Shown: piece after piece, positions 1 through 8,639 of the stretch
How the letters are laid out: each line of letters begins with the position of its first letter
Numbering within the stretch: position 1 is the first letter of the stretch
Source: Flavobacteriales bacterium
GTDB lineage: Bacteria > Bacteroidota > Bacteroidia > UBA10329
Reading direction: 5' to 3'
Length of the DNA: 64,000 nucleotides
Assembly (NCBI GenBank): GCA_021739625.1
Contig: JAIPBJ010000004.1
Coordinates: 1,335-65,334, forward strand
Translations under genes and position numbers: made by a program
Notes under the pieces: generated by a model
What the model saw: only the letters and a program-made list of their open reading frames with translations
The model's database searches: none
Told to the model about the DNA's origin: nothing

Positions 1-714
1 GCCCGTGTTGTTGAAACAGTAGTTGTATTCGACCAGTGCATGGCGGCAGTTCTCGATCTCGATGCCTGCCACACTTTCATAGACATAGTTGTAGCGCACA
101 TCGATGTTGTCGCACATGCCCATGTAGATGGCGGCATCCTCGATGCCCGAAAGGACGTTGCGCTCAACGAGGCCATTGGTGCCATATTCGGGGAAGATGC
201 CATAGACCCCTGCATCATGCACGCGGTTGTTGCGGATGATGAAGTTGTTGCCCGCTTGGCCCATGATGCCGTTGCCCTTATAGTCCTTGATGACGAAGTT
301 CTCGATGACCATGCCGTTGCCCGAATAGAGGAACCCGTCATTGAGCACTTTCTTGCCGTCCAGCACAGGCCATTCGCCCTTGACGATCACGCCCTGGATG
401 GTGATGTTGTCCTTGTCGATATAGACGGTCTCGTTGTAGGTGCCGGGCCACACCCGGATGAGGTCGCCCGGAACGGCCTTGCGCACGGCATCCTGAATGA
501 CCTGTCCGTTCTTCACCTCATGGATGGTGCCGCTGAAAACACCTTTCTGCGTCCAGTTGCCTGTGCCGCCATCGGCCTGTTGGAAGAAGGTCGGAGGCAG
601 TGCGGGCGGCAGGTCGGCAGGCTTGAAGATGGCCCGGCCAGCAAAGAGCCCAATGGCGAGAAAGACGATGGCCACAAGGACTGCGATGAATTTGGAGGAA
701 CGGATCTTTGACAT
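1..714 (-). CDS. Parallel beta-helix repeat protein with N-terminal membrane anchor (runs off the window edge)
   Basis: Not in the ORF track. Hand translation from ATG at 714 gives MSKIRSSKFIAVLVAIVFLAIGLFAG...IQDAVRKAVPGDLIRVWPGTYNETVYIDKDNITIQG...NGMVIENFVIKDYKGNGIMGQAGNNFIIRNNRVHDAGVYGIFPEY, a typical right-handed beta-helix start. Confidence 0.85.
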   Translation of the reverse strand, partial: MSKIRSSKFIAVLVAIVFLAIGLFAGRAIFKPADLPPALPPTFFQQADGGTGNWTQKGVFSGTIHEVKNGQVIQDAVRKAVPGDLIRVWPGTYNETVYIDKDNITIQGVIVKGEWPVLDGKKVLNDGFLYSGNGMVIENFVIKDYKGNGIMGQAGNNFIIRNNRVHDAGVYGIFPEYGTNGLVERNVLSGIEDAAIYMGMCDNIDVRYNYVYESVAGIEIENCRHALVEYNYCFNNTG

Positions 715-731
715 TGTGATACTATTGGAGG

Positions 732-1979
732 TTATTTGAACTTATCGATACCATCTTCCCAGCCTGTATAGGGCGAACTGCCCGAAGGCAGGCTTTTGGG
801 AATCCGGGGCATTAGACTTTCGTCCGTCAATGTATGAAGAAATTCTACCAGCAGATCGAGGTCGCGGTCGCTGAGTTCCGGTTCCCAGATGTGCCAGTGC
901 AGCTTGAGCTTTTCGCCCTTGGGCACCGCGTGGCCTCTTCCTTCGGTATAGAATTTTGCGGCCTCGCGCAGCGTGGCGAACCGGCCCGAGTGCATATAGG
1001 GAGCTGTCTTGGCGATGTTGCGAAGACTCGGGATCTTGAACGCCCCGCGCTGGTCCGTGTCACCGGTAGGTTTCTGAGCGCCCTGATCGAAGGGCATGCC
1101 ATCGGGGTCGGGCGTGCCTATGACCGCCAGTTCGCGGTTGGTGAACAGCGGTGGCGTGTGGCACTCTGCGCAGCGCGCCACGAACGACCGGAACACGTTG
1201 AGCCCGTCCTGTTCGTTCTGCGTCAATGCGGCATGATGGCCGTGGGCATACTGGTCATATCTGCTGTTGAGCGAGATGAGCGATGTTTCGAAGGCCGAGA
1301 TGGCATGGAGCACCTGGGGCAGTGCGATCCCTTTCGCGCCATCGGGGAATGCTTCGCTGAAAAGGCGCACATACTCTGCATTGCCGTTGAGCGTGGCCAG
1401 CAGCTGTTCGGGCGTGTTGCCCATCTCGTCCGCTGCGAACAGGGGGCCTTGCATCTGTTCCTCCAACGTGGCGGCACGCGCATCCCAGAAGAAACGTTCC
1501 TGGAAGGCGACATTCCAGAGGCTGGGTGCCGATCGGCCCACGGGCAGGCCCAGAACTCCCTCGCTGCGCGCCTTCCCATCGGTGAAACCCTTGTCGGGAC
1601 GGTGGCACGAGGCGCAGCTCAGGCTGCTGTCCTTCGACAGCACAGGGTCGAAGAACAGCAGTCGGCCGAGGTCTATCTGCTGCGGGGCGAAACCGTCACG
1701 CACGGGCGGCAGACCGGTCTTCAGGCCGCCCACGCCCTTGTCCTTCAGCGAGCCGTACTGCTGATAGAGGTTGCGCAATCGGCACACGCCCTCGTCCGTC
1801 AGTTCGAAACCGGGCGGGCAGGCCTCTGCCAGATGGAAGCCTTCCTGTACGGCCTCCGTCCGGCCATCCGGTATGATGGAAGGTGTGGGCGAAGGGCCTT
1901 CATGTCCGCAGCCCATGGCGATGGCCGCTGCAATGGCGACCATGGCCCGGACCGGTGCGGTTCGCAGGCCCGGAATCAC
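732..1979 (-). CDS. Di-heme cytochrome c peroxidase / MauG-family protein
   Basis: LGRLLFFDPVLS, CASCH, CAECHTPPLFT, FKIPSLRNIAKTAPYMHSG motifs; lipoprotein-like signal. Confidence 0.92.
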   Translation of the reverse strand: MIPGLRTAPVRAMVAIAAAIAMGCGHEGPSPTPSIIPDGRTEAVQEGFHLAEACPPGFELTDEGVCRLRNLYQQYGSLKDKGVGGLKTGLPPVRDGFAPQQIDLGRLLFFDPVLSKDSSLSCASCHRPDKGFTDGKARSEGVLGLPVGRSAPSLWNVAFQERFFWDARAATLEEQMQGPLFAADEMGNTPEQLLATLNGNAEYVRLFSEAFPDGAKGIALPQVLHAISAFETSLISLNSRYDQYAHGHHAALTQNEQDGLNVFRSFVARCAECHTPPLFTNRELAVIGTPDPDGMPFDQGAQKPTGDTDQRGAFKIPSLRNIAKTAPYMHSGRFATLREAAKFYTEGRGHAVPKGEKLKLHWHIWEPELSDRDLDLLVEFLHTLTDESLMPRIPKSLPSGSSPYTGWEDGIDKFK

Positions 1980-2674
1980 TTTTGGCCGAGCGAATTGATG
2001 TAGGCCGTCACGTCAAGCACGGTCTGATCATCGGGGATCGCCTTGGCAATGGTGTGCATCTGACCGCCATAGATGTCCTTGGGATGCAGGCCGCGCATGT
2101 CCTTGCGGAAGTTGTCGATCTGGCGCACCATATACCAGTCGTCAGACCCGATGAGCATCGGAGAGTTGAGTGCCTCGTTGCCCGTGGCGCCCGGGCCATG
2201 GCAGGCGTTGCAGATCATGTTGTAATAGTCCTTGCCCTTGTCGATGTTGCCGGTAATGGTGGCCACGGGCCTCATCCCATTGCCCGGCAGGGTCTTGATG
2301 TAGGCCACCACGGCCTTCACCGCCTCTTCGTTGGCGAGGGTCTTTGACATTGGGGCCATCTGTGCGCCATAGGTGTCGTTCGGATGCGCGCCCCTGAAAT
2401 CGGCCCTGAAGTTGTTCAGCTGCCTTTCGAGGTACCAGGGCTCCTGATGCGCCAGTGCGGGCGCGTTCATCGCCTTCATGCCCTCGGCATTCTGCCCGTG
2501 GCAGGCCGCGCAGGTAGGATAGAGGCCCTTGCCCTGTGCCGCCAGGGCACTGTTGTCGGCAGGGGCCGCCACAGGGGCAGGGGCGGGGTCGGTGGTGGCC
2601 GTGTCGGTCGGGCCGCACGAGGCGAGCATGACGAGGGCAAGCGGAACGATGGCAGAGAGGGTGTGCAGTTTCAT
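1976..2674 (-). CDS. Di-heme c4/c553-type cytochrome c, lipoprotein
   Basis: CAACH and CNACH heme motifs in two repeated domains; LASC lipobox. Confidence 0.9.
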   Translation of the reverse strand: MKLHTLSAIVPLALVMLASCGPTDTATTDPAPAPVAAPADNSALAAQGKGLYPTCAACHGQNAEGMKAMNAPALAHQEPWYLERQLNNFRADFRGAHPNDTYGAQMAPMSKTLANEEAVKAVVAYIKTLPGNGMRPVATITGNIDKGKDYYNMICNACHGPGATGNEALNSPMLIGSDDWYMVRQIDNFRKDMRGLHPKDIYGGQMHTIAKAIPDDQTVLDVTAYINSLGQK

Positions 2675-2791
2675 TCGGGCGCTGATGTTGATGGTTGACA
2701 GGGTTGCATTTGCTGGGCAAAGGTGCTCAAGCGGGCGGGATAAACCAGCAGTTATCGAACAAATCTGAAGAAAGACGGTCGGCCGTCTGCA

Positions 2792-3535
2792 TCAGCCTCC
2801 GGTGCCGAAGGCGGCCAGCCCGTCCAGCCCTATGCGGTGCTCATAGAGCGCCTTGCCTATGATGGCCCCGTCCACGCCCAGGTCGCGCAACAGGTGCAGC
2901 TCCGCGATGTCGGTCACGCCCCCGCTGGCAATGAGCCGCAGCGCGGGGAAACGCTGCATCAGCCTTTCATACAGCGCAACGGAACTGCCCTGAAGCAGCC
3001 CGTCCCTGCCTATGTCGGTACACACCACATAGAGCAGCCCATGGGCACGATGGTCGGCAATGAGGTCGAACACGTTGACGGCCGTGCCCTCGAGCCAGCC
3101 GCTCACGGCCACGTGCTCGCCCCGCACATCGGCACTCAGGATGATGCGCTCCGGGCCATACTTCGCCAGCCAATGGAGGAACAGCGTGCGGTCGTTCACC
3201 GCTGCGCTGCCCACATTCACCTGCGTGGCACCTGCTGCCAGCGCGGTGTCGATGTCGGCATCGGTGCGTATGCCGCCCCCGAAGTCGATGGTCAGCGAGG
3301 TGTGCTGCGCAATGGTCTCCAGCACCTTGGCGTTCACCACGCGCCTGGCCTTGGCCCCGTCAAGGTCCACAAGGTGGAGGTGGCGCAGGCCGCTGTCCTC
3401 GAACATGCGGGCCACTGCCAGCGGGTCCTCGTTATAGACCTTCTTCTGGGCATAGTCGCCCTGCGTCAGGCGCACACACTTGCCGTCAATGATGTCGATG
3501 GCGGGGATGATGCGGAAGGGGCGGGGGGCGGTCAT
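2792..3535 (-). CDS. hisA: Phosphoribosylformimino-5-aminoimidazole carboxamide ribotide isomerase
   Basis: IIPAIDIIDGKCVRLTQGDY, LHLVDLDGA, DFGGGIR, CTDIGRDGLLQG, IASGGV. Confidence 0.97.
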   Translation of the reverse strand: MTAPRPFRIIPAIDIIDGKCVRLTQGDYAQKKVYNEDPLAVARMFEDSGLRHLHLVDLDGAKARRVVNAKVLETIAQHTSLTIDFGGGIRTDADIDTALAAGATQVNVGSAAVNDRTLFLHWLAKYGPERIILSADVRGEHVAVSGWLEGTAVNVFDLIADHRAHGLLYVVCTDIGRDGLLQGSSVALYERLMQRFPALRLIASGGVTDIAELHLLRDLGVDGAIIGKALYEHRIGLDGLAAFGTGG

Positions 3536-3592
3536 GGGGCGCGAAGGGCGTGAACGGGGGGCGGATGGGGTGCGGCTTTTCCAGATAAAACG

Positions 3593-3621
3593 AAAGCCCC
3601 GCCTTGGTGGGGCGGGGCTTT
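3593..3621. terminator. Intrinsic terminator-like hairpin
   Basis: aaagccccgcc-N7-ggcggggcttt, just downstream of the DUF1640 gene. Confidence 0.75.
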
Positions 3622-3645
3622 AGATATGGGGTGTCCGGAATCCGG

Positions 3646-3915
3646 TCAGAGGATCTTCATCAGCGATACGGTGATGGCAATGCTTGCTGCCACCATGGCC
3701 CCCAGCTTGATGATGATGCGCTGCTCCATCTCCTTCAGGTCGCGCTTCAGTTCCATCACATCTTCTTTTGTGGACAGGCGTTGCTCTATGATCTCTGCAA
3801 GCGCCTCGGCCTGAATCTCGGCCTGGGCCTCTGTGAAACCTGCTCCTTTCAGTTTTTTGGCGTAGGCCAGAGTGTCGAAGAGTACTGCGCTGTGCATCAT
3901 TTCCGTGTTTGACAT
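3646..3915 (-). CDS. DUF1640/CCDC90-family small coiled-coil protein
   Basis: FDTLAYAKKLKGAGFTEAQAE...LSTKEDV...C-terminal hydrophobic helix. Confidence 0.85.
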   Translation of the reverse strand: MSNTEMMHSAVLFDTLAYAKKLKGAGFTEAQAEIQAEALAEIIEQRLSTKEDVMELKRDLKEMEQRIIIKLGAMVAASIAITVSLMKIL

Positions 3916-3957
3916 CAAAGGTAAAGGCTTTTTCCGCTTGCCTTTAAACGGGGCGAC

Positions 3958-4032
3958 CTATAAGCTCACCCGTCCATGGAGCTCGTCCCGGTCATAGTTC
4001 AGGATGTTGGTATCGAGCAGCAGACTATTCAT
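3958..4032 (-). pseudogene. Truncated PIN/VapC toxin remnant
   Basis: MNSLLLDTNILNYDRDELHGRVSL*. LLDTNIL is the PIN N-terminal motif; the ATG overlaps the end of the upstream antitoxin-like gene. Confidence 0.6.
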
Positions 4033-4192
4033 CTCTCAGATTGCGCTGATAGTCCACCGGATCCCCTTCAAAAGAGACCTTTCCGAAGAACCGGTCCCAC
4101 CTGATCTTTCTGCGTTTGGTCTTTTTGTTCAACAGCTCAAGCATCTGTTGGCGCAGCCCGTTGTCTTTGTGGGCAGTGAGGACGAGTGTCAT
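4025..4192 (-). CDS. Small VapB-like antitoxin
   Basis: 55 aa ending FFGKVSFEGDPVDYQRNLRDE, coupled to the PIN remnant; TATCTTTG promoter element at 4213-4220 (minus strand). Confidence 0.6.
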   Translation of the reverse strand: MTLVLTAHKDNGLRQQMLELLNKKTKRRKIRWDRFFGKVSFEGDPVDYQRNLRDE

Positions 4193-4294
4193 GGGTGTGG
4201 TCTTTTGCGGTTCAAAGATACTGAACCCCTTGCACGGGGCAGTTGCAGATAGAGAGACGCCACGCATGGTGTCTCTAAGGTGATGGGGTGGGGT

Positions 4295-4362
4295 TTGCCG
4301 TCAATGATGTCGATGGCGGGGACGGTGCGGAAGGGGCGGGGGGCGGTCATGGGGCGCGAAGG
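4295..4362 (-). repeat. 68-bp duplicate of the hisA 5' end (other copy at 3480-3547)
   Basis: Two mismatches between the copies; encodes MTAPRPFRTVPAIDIIDGK and then diverges. Confidence 0.93.
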
Positions 4363-4391
4363 TCGGGACTGCCCCGCATCGTCCGCCTTAC

Positions 4392-4424
4392 AGCTTTGTC
4401 AAACTTCGGAAGTTTGATAAAGCT
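4392..4424. repeat. REP-like palindrome
   Basis: agctttgtcaaacttc-g-gaagtttgataaagct, near-perfect inverted repeat. Confidence 0.65.
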
Positions 4425-4533
4425 CGGTCATAAATCTGCGGATGTGCTTGCTCAGCATTGTCGATGTGGGGAGTGTGCCTGTTGACATCATGGAGTTCGT
4501 TCTGAAAACGATGCTTTTCCGGTTATGAGGCAC

Positions 4534-4677
4534 AATGTAGCACCTGATGCGGTACGTTGTGCCACATGGTGTGGCAGGTTGTGCCACATGGTGTGGCAGG
4601 TTGTGCCACATGGTGTGGCAAGTTATGCCACATGATGCGGTACGCTGTGCCACATGGCGTGGCACGTTGTGCCACAT
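4534..4677. repeat. 22-bp tandem repeat with internal hairpin, about 6 units
   Basis: Unit gttgtgccacatggtgtggcag at 4556, 4578 and 4600; degenerate at 4534, 4622, 4644 and 4666; tgccaca/tgtggca are complementary. Confidence 0.92.
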
Positions 4678-4889
4678 AATCGGGGGCATGCCCACTTTCG
4701 TTTGGCGGTCTTCAAGGTCACAGAGGTGTGGTGGGGTTCTCACCTACTGGCCCACCTTGCTGTTGCGCGAAACGCTCGCCCTCTACCGCGTTCGGAGAAT
4801 GTGTGTAGGTTTGGAAGCCGATCTGGAAATCTCCCCTTTATTCGGTGGGGGAGGGAGATTCAGTACACACGTGTGTTAGGCGTAATTGT

Positions 4890-5282
4890 ATGAGAGCAGA
4901 AATACTATATGTTGAATTGAAGCAAGGACACTCTGGGCCTGCTTGGATTGGTTATGGTCAATATTCCAAATCAGGACAGACCGTATATTTTGATGGTAAG
5001 GTTTTGAAAAAGGGACAAGGAGTAATTGGCAATCACTTCAACATTGAAAACGGTGACGAGTACTGGGTTTCTGGAGTAAAGAAGAATGGGGAAGACAGAC
5101 ATTGGGCGGGTTCCGGCAAAGTGCATATAGACAAATCTGCGGTTGACGACTATCTGAGAATAATCGGTCAGAATGCCCTGCCAAAAAACAGATTCATTCT
5201 TGTCGACCTTAACAACATTCCAAACAAGGAGCTGTCGAGAGAAATCGAGAATAGCAAGTTGACCGAAGAGTTCTCTCGATAG
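4890..5282 (+). CDS. Hypothetical protein, AT-rich and cassette-like
   Basis: ATG at 4890, MRAEILYVELKQGHSGPAWIG...GNHFNIENGDEYWVSGVKKNGEDRHWAGSG; composition differs from its flanks. Confidence 0.8.
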   Translation: MRAEILYVELKQGHSGPAWIGYGQYSKSGQTVYFDGKVLKKGQGVIGNHFNIENGDEYWVSGVKKNGEDRHWAGSGKVHIDKSAVDDYLRIIGQNALPKNRFILVDLNNIPNKELSREIENSKLTEEFSR

Positions 5283-5322
5283 AGAACCCCTCTAAGAAAG
5301 ACTCCTCCAGCGCCATCGCGCC

Positions 5323-6516
5323 TCACTCCCTCACCTTCACCACCCTTGCGGTTGCGCCATTGTGCAGGCGCAGCAGATAGATGCCTTCGGGCAGGGCGGT
5401 GATGTCGAGGGTGTTCTGCCCTGCGGGGGCGGTGCCCTGCATCAGGGTGCGGCCCGTCAGGTCGGTGAGGGTGAAGGCCCCGCCCGTCCTTTCCTCAAAG
5501 CGCAGCAGGCCAGTGGTGGGGTTGGGGTTTAATATGATGCGTTCTGAACCGCTCCGCTCGTAAATATCAAGTGCCTGTTCCTTAGCGATTCTATGCACTG
5601 GGCCGACATCACCACCCCAGTTTCCAACGAGAATGTGGTCTGCTGTTTCATGGAAACAGGTTATTCCATGACCACCAACAGGATCATATCCACTCGTGAA
5701 ATTGACCCAATTGGCCCCTTGGTCGGTGGAGAGATAAATGCGCTCGCCCCCTATCAGAACTGATGATTGCATACACAATAGCGATGCAGCAACAGGGTGA
5801 GAACCACCTGGGAATGCAAGCGAGGACAGGACGTTCCAGTTCAATCCATCATCGGTGGACTCTCTCAAGGTATGCCCTGCGCCACCCCATTCATATGACC
5901 CCATGTACAATTTGACCCCATCGGTAACAATTTCACGCACGCGCAATGAATCACCACCTCCCAATATGGGAATCCAAGTCTGCGCAAGATCGGTGGATCT
6001 AAACGCTCCATTGTTAGTTCCAGCAAACAGGTAACCGCCTTTGCCAATGACAGTCCAAACAACATTTGGCAGCGTCCCAGATGTTTGCGCCCAAGAGTCT
6101 CCGTTGTTGCTTGACACGAGAACACCACTGCCATCGGTCGAGGCAAAAACATCGCCTCCGATATTGGAGAATCCAGTCACCTTATTCCCAACGTTGTGCG
6201 TTAGATTCCAAGTCTGCCCATCATCATCCGAGCCGTATATGCCAATGGCGGTTCCTGCGAACAGTCTTTCAGTGCCCCTTCCAAAACTGAAGATGATGGA
6301 GTCTGATGTCAGGAAACCTTGACCAAAAGGAGTCCAAGACAGACCGATGTCGTCAGATCTGTAAACTCCATTGGATGTGCCGACAAGTATGCCTTCGGTC
6401 ACGTCCGTAAAGCAGCCGGCTGATACCGCACTAAATCCATTGCTGCTGGATTCCCATTGGGCCCGAGCTGCTATCGGGCCGCATAGAAGGATGATAAAAA
6501 AGAACAGTTGTTTCAT
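5323..6516 (-). CDS. Secreted BNR/Asp-box beta-propeller protein with T9SS type A C-terminal domain
   Basis: Signal peptide; repeated SxDxGxxW motifs; NPNPTTG...LPEGIYLLRL...RVVK tail. Confidence 0.9.
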   Translation of the reverse strand: MKQLFFFIILLCGPIAARAQWESSSNGFSAVSAGCFTDVTEGILVGTSNGVYRSDDIGLSWTPFGQGFLTSDSIIFSFGRGTERLFAGTAIGIYGSDDDGQTWNLTHNVGNKVTGFSNIGGDVFASTDGSGVLVSSNNGDSWAQTSGTLPNVVWTVIGKGGYLFAGTNNGAFRSTDLAQTWIPILGGGDSLRVREIVTDGVKLYMGSYEWGGAGHTLRESTDDGLNWNVLSSLAFPGGSHPVAASLLCMQSSVLIGGERIYLSTDQGANWVNFTSGYDPVGGHGITCFHETADHILVGNWGGDVGPVHRIAKEQALDIYERSGSERIILNPNPTTGLLRFEERTGGAFTLTDLTGRTLMQGTAPAGQNTLDITALPEGIYLLRLHNGATARVVKVRE

Positions 6517-6543
6517 GGTTCCCGTTTTTTCAATGTGAATGAT

Positions 6544-6735
6544 TCACTCCCCCACCTTCACCACTTCGCGGGCCGAGGCCGCCTGCGGATGCTGCTGCAA
6601 CCAGCGTTGCAGGTCGTTCTCCAACTGTTCGGCCATGCCCTCTGCGGGCAGTCCGAGCTGGCTGATGCAGATGTGCTGCGCATGGCCCCCAAAGGCCACA
6701 AAGCATAGCAGAAGGGAGGGTAGAAGTTGTTTCAT
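6544..6735 (-). CDS. Short signal-peptide ORF, possibly a truncated gene
   Basis: MKQLLPSLLLCFVAFGGHAQ signal then about 43 aa; same MKQL start as the downstream gene. Confidence 0.4.
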   Translation of the reverse strand: MKQLLPSLLLCFVAFGGHAQHICISQLGLPAEGMAEQLENDLQRWLQQHPQAASAREVVKVGE

Positions 6736-6939
6736 AATGCAAGTTTCCACATTCGGGATGGGGTGTGCAAACCAACTTTCACCCTATTATTACAGTTCTA
6801 ACACCGCTTCTGAACGCTTAATGGATAGTTTATCAGTCCTTTAGCAACTTCCCGAACGGCATTTACCACTTGTCATTTCGTACCGGGAATGGGTATGATA
6901 TCCGAACTTCCTGCCCTTTCGGTCGTTCCTTTGCACCCC

Positions 6940-7128
6940 ATGGCCCCGATGGACGACCCTTATAGCAGCCCACCGCTCGATCCCGAAGACTTCTACCGTT
7001 CAGCGGAAGGCTACATCATCTTCACCGAAAAATATCTTCTCAAAAGGGGCTACTGCTGCAAGAACGGCTGCAAGCACTGCCCCTATGGCTTTGACCGCAA
7101 GGCGGGCCGCATCGTGCCGAAAAAGTAG
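6940..7128 (+). CDS. DUF5522-family small Cys-rich protein
   Basis: FTEKYLLKRGYCCKNGCKHCPY motif. Confidence 0.85.
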   Translation: MAPMDDPYSSPPLDPEDFYRSAEGYIIFTEKYLLKRGYCCKNGCKHCPYGFDRKAGRIVPKK

Positions 7129-7177
7129 GCGCAGCGCACCGCCATCGCTCCTAACTTGCGCGTCCCATCTCCTGTCC

Positions 7178-8353
7178 ATGCGTTTTATCACGGCCGACCT
7201 TGTCTGTCCCATCTCATCCGCCCCGTTGACAGGCGGTGTGGTCGTGGTGCATCCCGATGGCCGCATTGCCGATGTGCTTCCTTCCGATTCTGCGCACCTG
7301 CCCGATGCCACGGCAACGGAAAGGCACAGCGGCATCATCTGCCCCGCGTTCGTCAACGCCCACTGCCACCTCGAACTCTCGCACATGAAGGGCCTGCTGC
7401 CCGAAGGCACCGGGCTTGACGATTTCATCGGGGGCATTGTGGCCCAGCGCGATGCCGCCCACGAGGCCATCAGTGCCGCCATGGCCCATGCCGATGCCGC
7501 CATGTGGCAGGCGGGCATCCAGGCCGTGGGCGACATCTGCAACACCTCCGATAGCATCGCGGTCAAGCGCAGCAGCCGCATACGCTACCATTCCTTCATC
7601 GAGCTGATGGGCATTTCGCCCGAACGCGCCCTGTCGGTCTTCGGACGCGGCACAGGGCTCCGCGATGAATACGCTGAGGCAGGGCTTGCGGCCACCATCG
7701 TGCCCCACGCGCCCTACTCGGTGTCGCAGCCGCTCTTCGGGCTCATTGCCAGCGCGGGCGGGGCCGTTTCCATGCACAGTCAGGAGACTGCCAGCGAGGA
7801 CCTGATGTTCGTTTCGGGCACAGGGGCCCTGTTGGAAAGGCTGCGTTCGCTCGGCATCCCGATGGAAGGCTTCACCCCCTCGGGCCAAAGCTCGCTGCGC
7901 ACGGTGCTACCGTTGTTGGCCGACTCACCAAGGATCATACTGGTACACAACTCCTTCACCGCCCAAGAGGAGATGCATTGGGCCAACGGGCAGCACCGGG
8001 GGCTGTTCTGGTGTGCCTGCCCAACGGCCAACCGCTACATCGAAAAAAGAATTCCGAAGGTGGACGATTGGCTGCGCAACGGGGCGCAGGTGTGCATCGG
8101 CACCGACAGCCTCGCATCCAACCACCGGCTCTCCATACTTGACGAGATGAAGCTGCTGGCCTGTCATTGCCCGTCCATCCCGTTCGAGGACCTGCTGCGC
8201 ATGGCGACCATCAACGGAGCCATGGCCCTGGGCATGGAAAAAGGAACGGGCACCCTGGAGCGGTCCAAGATGCCCGGTGTGCTGCTGTTGGGGAACATCG
8301 ATGCGGAGAGACCGGCAATGACCGACCGTATAACAGTGACCCGGTTGGTCTGA
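7178..8353 (+). CDS. Amidohydrolase family protein
   Basis: FVNAHCHLELS, PHAPYSVS, HSQE, IGTDSLASN metal-binding motifs; start at MRFITAD. Confidence 0.92.
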   Translation: MRFITADLVCPISSAPLTGGVVVVHPDGRIADVLPSDSAHLPDATATERHSGIICPAFVNAHCHLELSHMKGLLPEGTGLDDFIGGIVAQRDAAHEAISAAMAHADAAMWQAGIQAVGDICNTSDSIAVKRSSRIRYHSFIELMGISPERALSVFGRGTGLRDEYAEAGLAATIVPHAPYSVSQPLFGLIASAGGAVSMHSQETASEDLMFVSGTGALLERLRSLGIPMEGFTPSGQSSLRTVLPLLADSPRIILVHNSFTAQEEMHWANGQHRGLFWCACPTANRYIEKRIPKVDDWLRNGAQVCIGTDSLASNHRLSILDEMKLLACHCPSIPFEDLLRMATINGAMALGMEKGTGTLERSKMPGVLLLGNIDAERPAMTDRITVTRLV

Positions 8354-8429
8354 ATCAGTGATCGCTGCCGCCCCACGATTTCACCAAGAGGCCCTCGGCA
8401 ACATGCCCGTACCGTTCAAGGATCACGGT

Positions 8430-8639
8430 TCAGGCAGCGATACCGCGGAAGAGTGACTTTTCGAAGTTGATGAGCGCCTGCTGAATCGCAGAGGCCTCTG
8501 CTGCATCAAAGTACTTCTCGCCACACTGGGTGCAGACATGTGCCGGTACTTTTTCAACAAACAGATGATACCCCTTGCGGTTCACTGTGTATGGGATCAG
8601 CGTCTTCTCCAACGCACCATTGCAGAGCATGCACTTCAT
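8430..8639 (-). CDS. YgiT-type zinc finger protein (antitoxin-like)
   Basis: MKCMLC...VPAHVCTQCGEKYF. Confidence 0.85.
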   Translation of the reverse strand: MKCMLCNGALEKTLIPYTVNRKGYHLFVEKVPAHVCTQCGEKYFDAAEASAIQQALINFEKSLFRGIAA

